Part shown: piece by piece, positions 57,935-64,000 of the stretch
Numbering within the stretch: the first letter of the stretch is position 1
Layout: every line of letters begins with the position of its first letter
Assembly: GCA_045401155.1 (NCBI GenBank)
Contig: CP174360.1
Location: 419,079-483,078 of the forward strand
Source: Candidatus Minusculum obligatum
GTDB lineage: Bacteria; Patescibacteriota; Minisyncoccia; Phycocordibacterales; Phycocordibacteraceae
Length of the DNA stretch: 64,000 nt
Reading direction: 5' to 3'
Notes under the pieces: model-generated
Told to the model about the DNA's origin: nothing
What the model saw: only the letters and a program-made list of their open reading frames with translations
Database searches by the model: none
Program-made: the position numbers and the translations under genes

Positions 57935-59638
57935 TTAGAACTCCTCAAAGTCCGGAGGAATATTAACGGTTACTGATTCTGTGAATGTCTCAGATGAAGC
58001 ATCACATGTGATGGTGTACACGCTTCTGCTTGTAATAGTCACGTCTGCATCTCCATTAAGCGGATCATCTGTTGCATTATTTACAAGAATTCCTGGGCCA
58101 ACCACATCACAACTTGTAATGTCTTCAGCAGACCACTCAATGGTTACAACCTCTTGATTAGGCACACGTACAGAACCGCTCTCTCCATCTGCAGTAATGC
58201 TTATGTTTGGAAGCAGCACTTCTACACTCGCATTGTCACTTGCAGATCCACACTGTACCTGGTAGATGGCATCACTTGTTGGTGTAACAACAGCAGTTCC
58301 GCTTGTTGCGTTGCCGGTATTAAATCCAACACCAGTACATGAGCTTGCATTTGTTGAAGACCATGTAAGCGTAGCGCTTTCTCCAAGAAGAATTTCATTT
58401 GGTGATGCTGAAAGCGCTGCAGTTGCAGGGTCTCCACCTCCACCTCCTTGGGTAATACTTACTGTACATGTATCGCTAACCGTTCCATTTTCTGCTTCTA
58501 CAGTAATGGTTGCACTCTTTGTACCTTGAGAGTTGTATCGTTTAGAAACACTTGTTCCTGAACCTGAAAGACCTTGATCGCCACTCCAGGTATATGTAAC
58601 TTGACCAAAGGTATTATCTACATCAGCAGTCCAGTTAATAAGTGCTCCTGTACCGGCTGAGGTTGGGTCTGCTGAACAGGAAACAGCAAGCCCTAGGCGA
58701 TCTACCTGAATGGTACTTCGTGGACCACAGTTATTGTCCTCATTACTTTCTGCAATTTCGTTATTCTGATCAACACAGACACGCACATCGTGTGTTCCGC
58801 TTGGTGGGTTATTCCAAACGTATGATGCGGTCTTGAAGTTGCCTGCTGTTAGGTTAGTAATAGCATCATTTTCATCAAGATTTAGGTCAAACTCCTGGCT
58901 ATATGTTGAGTTGATAGCGATCTGCACCCTAATATCAATTCCTCCGGTAACATCATCGCCCCCATTGTTTGTAATTGGAACCTCAATAAGCATCTCGCTT
59001 CCATTATTTTGCGGAGTTGCAACAACGCTACCAGCAGTAAGATCAACACCATCGTTACCCGCACACGCTGCACCACTTCCTGTCACAGAATACCCAGGAC
59101 CTCCAAATGAAAGCCACCCAATTACTCCACTATTTGAATCTGCTCCACCACCCCATGCCTTTCCACTCCAAGTACAACCTGACACATTAACTCCAACACG
59201 AGGAGTTTGTCCTAAATAAATCCACCCGTCCCATCCTCCAGACTGTGCAGAACCTCCTGCGAGCGCCTTTGCCCAACCACTTACTTGGCCTGTAGCGTCA
59301 TTTAGTGTCGCCTGACATGAACCAAACGGACATCCGTTTGTATCTGAACCATTAAAACTAATCCATCCTATATTTGAAGACCATGCGTACCCTTCAATAT
59401 TTCCATTATTTTTTACACCAACCCAATAGTCAGAAGTAGCACATGTTCCTGTATTTTCACATGTAAGACTTACCCACCCGATAGTTGAAGACCATGCGTA
59501 ACCAGTTAGATTCTTAGGCACCGAAGAAGATGTTTGTGCGTGCGCAAACATCGGAAGCGCAAAGACAATGATGACTCCCGCAAGTAGTACATTTGTAAAA
59601 ATATTTTTCATAATAGGTATAGCTATACAAGCACGCAT
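57935..59638 (-). CDS. secreted cell-surface protein with N-terminal Trp-rich repeats, CARDB-like domain and Ig/PKD-like beta domains
   Basis: Signal peptide; repeated GYAWSS(T/N)IGW(V/I)S(L/F) motif (at least 2 clear and 2 degenerate copies); CARDB-like segment ending ...VDQNNEIAESNEDNNCG; Ser/Thr/Gly-rich beta repeats. Confidence 0.55.
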   Translation of the reverse strand: MRACIAIPIMKNIFTNVLLAGVIIVFALPMFAHAQTSSSVPKNLTGYAWSSTIGWVSLTCENTGTCATSDYWVGVKNNGNIEGYAWSSNIGWISFNGSDTNGCPFGSCQATLNDATGQVSGWAKALAGGSAQSGGWDGWIYLGQTPRVGVNVSGCTWSGKAWGGGADSNSGVIGWLSFGGPGYSVTGSGAACAGNDGVDLTAGSVVATPQNNGSEMLIEVPITNNGGDDVTGGIDIRVQIAINSTYSQEFDLNLDENDAITNLTAGNFKTASYVWNNPPSGTHDVRVCVDQNNEIAESNEDNNCGPRSTIQVDRLGLAVSCSADPTSAGTGALINWTADVDNTFGQVTYTWSGDQGLSGSGTSVSKRYNSQGTKSATITVEAENGTVSDTCTVSITQGGGGGDPATAALSASPNEILLGESATLTWSSTNASSCTGVGFNTGNATSGTAVVTPTSDAIYQVQCGSASDNASVEVLLPNISITADGESGSVRVPNQEVVTIEWSAEDITSCDVVGPGILVNNATDDPLNGDADVTITSRSVYTITCDASSETFTESVTVNIPPDFEEF

Positions 59639-59676
59639 TAAGAAATTCTTAATTTGCTCTATGTATAAAGTATAGC

Positions 59677-60888
59677 CTACCTTCTTAGGTTATCTCTTCG
59701 TGATCTGTGGAAAGATAGTGCGTACCTATGCGCTTCTGCATTTACTAAAATAATATCTGTCTCTGGAATAGAAATTTGTGGCATGGGAGATATTTTTTTA
59801 GGTCGATGATACTCATCTTTGGTAACCGCAACCACAGGAATTTGAAGTCCCATCATATCAAGAGTCTTGAGCGCTACATTTTTCTGTGCAATACCACCAT
59901 CTACCACAATCACCTTTGGGTACTCCCATTCAGAGTGTGAGAATCTTCGCTCAAGCAACTCCTTAAGTCCTGCAACATCATTATTCTCCTGACTCTTTAA
60001 AATAAATTTGCGGTACTCTTTTTTCTCAAGCTCACCATCTACCACCACTGTCATCACGCCCACAACCTCCCTCCCGCTTGTGTGCGCCACGTCATACCCC
60101 TCAATGCGCACTCCGTGCGTTCTACGCAAATCATCTTTAATAAGTGCCACATCTTGAATATGTGTAAGAGAAAATAACTGCCGTTTAATAGTCTCTGCAT
60201 CCTCAAACCGCTCCTCCTTTGCAGCGATTTTCATCTCCTTCTCAAGCTCTTTTAAAATCTGCTTTTTCTTACCAGAAAGAAAAAGTTGGATATGACGAAT
60301 ATTACGCAGATATTCATCATGCGAGATACCACGTGGATACCTTCCAATCTGACGATTAAACTCAAGGTTTGCTTTTAGATGTTTACTATCTTCAGTAACT
60401 TTTGCTTTCGTATCATAAAATGGAAAAATCTTTCGAATAATCTCAAGTGCTTTACGAAGTGAAGGACCGCTTGTAAACGGACCAAACTTATACTTAATTA
60501 AATCTGTATCAAAACTAACTCCCAAATCCTTCCCGCGCACAAAAAGCACTCGAGGCCACTCTTCATTTGTAATAACAGCATACAAATAACTCTTATCGTC
60601 TTTTTCTTTTACGTTATAAAGCGGTTGATGCTTTTTAATCTCGAGCGACTCAAGAATAAGTGCTTCAAGTACTGAGTCTGTTTCCTCAAAAGAAACGCTA
60701 TCTGATTTTGTGACCATATCTACAATACGCGGCCCACGAGAAGCAATAACATCATCATTAAAATAACTTCGTACACGATCACGAAGTGATGTTGCCTTCC
60801 CTATGTACAAGATGTTCTCCCCCTCTAAAAAACGATAGACACCTGGTGCATCAGGCAGCTTAAATTTATGTAGATCCTTTTTTTGCAT
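59677..60888 (-). CDS. uvrC: excinuclease ABC subunit C, short form (GIY-YIG + UVR + RNase H-like endonuclease; no C-terminal HhH)
   Basis: GIY-YIG (GVYRF...ILYIGKA), UVR motif (FEDAETIKRQL); 403 aa versus about 600 canonical. Overlaps uvrA by 23 nt. Confidence 0.88.
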   Translation of the reverse strand: MQKKDLHKFKLPDAPGVYRFLEGENILYIGKATSLRDRVRSYFNDDVIASRGPRIVDMVTKSDSVSFEETDSVLEALILESLEIKKHQPLYNVKEKDDKSYLYAVITNEEWPRVLFVRGKDLGVSFDTDLIKYKFGPFTSGPSLRKALEIIRKIFPFYDTKAKVTEDSKHLKANLEFNRQIGRYPRGISHDEYLRNIRHIQLFLSGKKKQILKELEKEMKIAAKEERFEDAETIKRQLFSLTHIQDVALIKDDLRRTHGVRIEGYDVAHTSGREVVGVMTVVVDGELEKKEYRKFILKSQENNDVAGLKELLERRFSHSEWEYPKVIVVDGGIAQKNVALKTLDMMGLQIPVVAVTKDEYHRPKKISPMPQISIPETDIILVNAEAHRYALSFHRSRRDNLRR

Positions 60889-63490
60889 GCTTTTTTAGCA
60901 TCTTAGCAAGATATGTGCCGGTATGTGACGCCTTTACCTTTGCAACTTCTTCTGGAGTTCCTTTAGCAACTACAGTTCCACCACCTTCTCCTCCCTCGGG
61001 TCCAAAATCAATCAAATAATCTGCTGACTTAACCACATCAAGATTGTGTTCAATAACAATCACTGAGTTACCACGATTTACAAGCTCCTGAAGAATCGTA
61101 ATAAGCTTTGCCACATCATCGTAGTGAAGCCCTACCGTTGGCTCATCTAGAAGGTATACCGTTTTTGTCTGAAGAGGCCGGAAGAGCTCTGAAGCAATCT
61201 TCACACGCTGTGCTTCTCCTCCTGAGAGTGTTGTTGCAGATTGTCCAAGCTCAAGGTACCCAAGGCCCACATCCATAAGTGCCTTAAGACGATCATAAAT
61301 TGCAGGGATATCCTTATAAAATTCAAACGCCTCTTCAACAGTCATGTGAAGTACCTCGTGAATATTCTTTCCACGGTACGTCACATCAAGTGTTTCCTTC
61401 ATAAACCGTGTCCCGTCACATACATCACACTTCACATATACTGTCGGCAAAAAGTGCATCTCAACGGCCACAACTCCATTTCCTTGGCACGCCTCACACC
61501 GTCCACCCTTTACGTTGAAAGAAAATCGTCCGGGCTTCCATCCGCGAGCACGCGCCTCACTTGTTGCAGCAAAAAGATCACGAATATGTGTGAACGCTCC
61601 TGTATATGTCGCCGGATTAGAGCGGGGCGTTCGCCCAATTGGAGACTGATCAATAAGCACGGCACGATTTACATACTCGCTTCCTAAGAATTTAGAACAG
61701 TTGTGACTTGCGGGCTGTTTTGTTTTTCGATCAAATCGAGATACAAGATTTCTGTGAACCACGTCATATAGGAAGGTGGACTTTCCAGATCCAGAAACAC
61801 CCGTAATACACACAAGACGACCAAGAGGGATATCTACATTCTGATTATCAATATTATGCTTCTTAGCACCAATTACCTGAAGCTTCCCCTTCTCACTTGT
61901 GCGACGATTCTCTGGTACAGAAATTTCTTCCTCCTCCCGAAGGTATGCGAGCGTACGAGACTTACTTGGATTTGTTTTTGCGGTCAAAAGATCGTCTAAA
62001 TATCCTGAAACTACGATCTCTCCACCGTGCACTCCTGCTCCTGGCCCCACATCAATCAAATAATCTGCAGCATAGATAGTGTCTTCATCATGCTCCACTA
62101 CAATAATAGTGTTCCCAAGATCACGAAGCTGCGTTAGCGTCTGAATCAAACGATCGTTATCTCGCTGATGCAGTCCAATGGTTGGCTCATCAAGCACATA
62201 AAGTGCCCCCACAAGACCTGATCCAAGCTGCGATGCCAGGCGGATGCGCTGTGCCTCTCCTCCTGAGAGTGTATTTGCCTTTCGATCAAGTGTTAGGTAC
62301 TCAAGACCAACATCAAGCAAGAACTGAAGTCGACTTCGAACCTCTCGCAAAATAGGGGCCGCAATCTCCTCTTGCTGCTTTGTAAGATTCAAATCATTAA
62401 AAAATGCTACCGCATCTGCAATAGACATATTTGCAGCCTCTACAATATTCTTTCCAAGATCTTTTCCCTTACCTCCTAGATATACGCGGAGCGCTTCGGG
62501 CCGAAGTCGCTTCCCTTCACATGTAGGACAAACATCATCTGCAAAGAATCCGATAGTTCCAAGACCATTACACTCAGGACACGCTCCATATGGAGAGTTA
62601 AATGAGAAAAGGCGAGGTTCAACCTCAGGAAATGATGCTCCATCTACAGGACAAATAAACTTAGCTGACAGTGTCTCAAAACTCTCATCTGCATGGCCAA
62701 TCTTTACAAGACCCTCTGCCTCTTTAAGTGCAATCTCAAGCGCTTCAGAAAGTCGCTCTTTAGCACCACTTGGATCTTTTTGAAACTCTGTTACAAAAAT
62801 TTCATCAACAAGTGCGTCAATATCGTGTCGTTTTGTTTTCGTAAGCGTAATTTTTTCTCGAAGAGACTGGATCTTTCCATCTACCATCACGCGCTCAAAT
62901 CCTTTTCCAAGAAGATCATACAGAAGCTGATAGTACTCGCCCTTTCTTCCAACCACCACAGGAGCAAAGATCTGAATCTTCTGCTTATTTAGTGCAACTC
63001 CCATTACCTCTTCTGCCTTTTCTGGATCTGGAACGATCTTCTTTGTAACCAAAGAAATCATTTCATCTTTTGAAAGTTTCTCGATCTTTACGTCATCATC
63101 AAGACAGTATGGCTGGCCCACGCGGGCATACAGTACTCGAAGATAGTCATAAATCTCTGTAATAGTTGCAACAGTAGAGCGTGGATTATTTGAACGACTC
63201 TTTTGATCAATTGAAATAGCAGGAGAAAGTCCTGTAATCTCATCGACCTCTGGCTTTTGCATCTGATGCAGAAACTGCCGCGCATATGCTGAGAGAGACT
63301 CAACATATCGTCTTTGCCCTTCTGCGAAGATCGTATCAAAGGCAAGCGAAGACTTCCCAGAACCAGAGAGTCCTGAGATCACGACCATTTTTCCTCGAGG
63401 CATTGAAACTGTTACGTTCTTAAGGTTGTGCGTTTTTGCGCCCTTAACAACAATCTCATCGCTCATTTCATGTTTTTTATGATTTGCCAT
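60866..63490 (-). CDS. uvrA: excinuclease ABC subunit A
   Basis: Two ABC ATPase modules ([18 protein letters not shown]), zinc-finger CxxC pairs, two LSGGE signatures. Confidence 0.97.
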   Translation of the reverse strand: MANHKKHEMSDEIVVKGAKTHNLKNVTVSMPRGKMVVISGLSGSGKSSLAFDTIFAEGQRRYVESLSAYARQFLHQMQKPEVDEITGLSPAISIDQKSRSNNPRSTVATITEIYDYLRVLYARVGQPYCLDDDVKIEKLSKDEMISLVTKKIVPDPEKAEEVMGVALNKQKIQIFAPVVVGRKGEYYQLLYDLLGKGFERVMVDGKIQSLREKITLTKTKRHDIDALVDEIFVTEFQKDPSGAKERLSEALEIALKEAEGLVKIGHADESFETLSAKFICPVDGASFPEVEPRLFSFNSPYGACPECNGLGTIGFFADDVCPTCEGKRLRPEALRVYLGGKGKDLGKNIVEAANMSIADAVAFFNDLNLTKQQEEIAAPILREVRSRLQFLLDVGLEYLTLDRKANTLSGGEAQRIRLASQLGSGLVGALYVLDEPTIGLHQRDNDRLIQTLTQLRDLGNTIIVVEHDEDTIYAADYLIDVGPGAGVHGGEIVVSGYLDDLLTAKTNPSKSRTLAYLREEEEISVPENRRTSEKGKLQVIGAKKHNIDNQNVDIPLGRLVCITGVSGSGKSTFLYDVVHRNLVSRFDRKTKQPASHNCSKFLGSEYVNRAVLIDQSPIGRTPRSNPATYTGAFTHIRDLFAATSEARARGWKPGRFSFNVKGGRCEACQGNGVVAVEMHFLPTVYVKCDVCDGTRFMKETLDVTYRGKNIHEVLHMTVEEAFEFYKDIPAIYDRLKALMDVGLGYLELGQSATTLSGGEAQRVKIASELFRPLQTKTVYLLDEPTVGLHYDDVAKLITILQELVNRGNSVIVIEHNLDVVKSADYLIDFGPEGGEGGGTVVAKGTPEEVAKVKASHTGTYLAKMLKKHAKKGST

Positions 63491-63498
63491 GACATTTG

Positions 63499-63520
63499 CC
63501 CCACAACGTTATCTGTGGGG
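63499..63520. promoter_or_regulatory. inverted repeat CCCCACA-N8-TGTGGGG, 8 nt upstream of the uvrA start codon (operator-like or RBS-occluding hairpin)
   Basis: A perfect 7-bp inverted repeat with an 8-nt AT-containing spacer (GATAACGT on the uvrA strand) in the 5' UTR of a canonical DNA-damage-inducible gene. Confidence 0.25.
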
Positions 63521-63592
63521 TTGGTATAGGAGCACTATACACAAAAGTTCCCTTTTCGGGAACTTTGTTGTCAACAGTGTAAAGAGTGTTAA

Positions 63593-63976
63593 TTATCCTT
63601 GAAAAAATTGATCAATCTTTGAGGTAATCTCCTCAATTGCAACCTCAGCTTTCACCATATAGTCATTTGCACCAAGCTGCTTTGCTTTCTCTTGATCAGA
63701 CTCTTGAGATAGGTTTGATACCACAATCACCGGCACGTCTTTTAACTCATCTTCTCGTGCGCGAATCTGCTCAAGCACCTCAAACCCTCCCATCTCGGGA
63801 AGCATCAGATCCAAAAGGATGATGTCTGGCTTATATTCTTCTACATACTGTAGTGCTTCATTTCCTGTTCCTGCATACATTGCAGTGTAACGACCAGAAA
63901 AGGTATTTCCCAAAAGGTTTTTAAGAATTGGGTCATCCTCTACTACAAGCACCATCTTTTTATCTTCATCTGCCAT
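63593..63976 (-). CDS. stand-alone response regulator receiver (CheY-like)
   Basis: Acidic pocket (VVEDD), phospho-acceptor Asp in ILLDLMLP, conserved Lys region (GANDYMVK). No output domain. Confidence 0.85.
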   Translation of the reverse strand: MADEDKKMVLVVEDDPILKNLLGNTFSGRYTAMYAGTGNEALQYVEEYKPDIILLDLMLPEMGGFEVLEQIRAREDELKDVPVIVVSNLSQESDQEKAKQLGANDYMVKAEVAIEEITSKIDQFFQG

Positions 63977-64000
63977 AGTGAGTTTATCTTAGCACAGCTT

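Overview
This 64-kb window has low-to-moderate GC and is densely coded, mostly on the minus strand. It is dominated by housekeeping genes: a grpE-dnaK chaperone pair, dnaJ, metG, the tail of the ribosomal operon (infA-rpmJ-rpsM-rpsK-rpsD-rpoA-rplQ plus rplM-rpsI), alaS, leuS, mnmA, mltG, ychF, a complete F1Fo ATP synthase operon (atpBEFHAGDC), ddl, uvrA/uvrC and one tRNA-Ala(UGC). Several proteins have reduced domain architecture: a short AlaRS, a short UvrC, an L36 without cysteine ligands and a short ATP synthase epsilon. Together with many small hypothetical membrane proteins, this suggests a streamlined, possibly CPR/Patescibacteria-like genome, but that is inference only. The accessory content worth follow-up is: (1) a tight three-gene operon encoding a PlsC-like acyltransferase, a SAM methyltransferase and a GNAT/FeeM-like N-acyltransferase that resembles an ornithine/aminolipid pathway (OlsA-OlsG-OlsB logic), next to an MsbA-like exporter and an orphan histidine kinase; (2) a DNA repair/defence-like operon (alarmone HD hydrolase, UDG family 4, MGMT, Cas4-like PD-(D/E)xK nuclease, ATP-cone fused to an Mrr-like nuclease); (3) a 58-bp direct repeat (bidirectional terminator plus palindrome) present twice exactly 900 bp apart, bracketing an alpha/beta hydrolase gene that sits next to tRNA-Ala and is preceded by a GC-rich structured leader ending in an intrinsic terminator (riboswitch or sRNA candidate); (4) a four-gene operon of secreted cysteine-rich paralogs and a CARDB/Trp-repeat surface protein; (5) gene decay: an actin-like ATPase frameshifted in an A6 tract and two convergent truncated gene fragments; (6) an AT-rich two-gene zinc-ribbon membrane module; and (7) paired divergent zinc-finger paralogs flanking a histidine phosphatase. 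No CRISPR array, transposase or integrase was seen.
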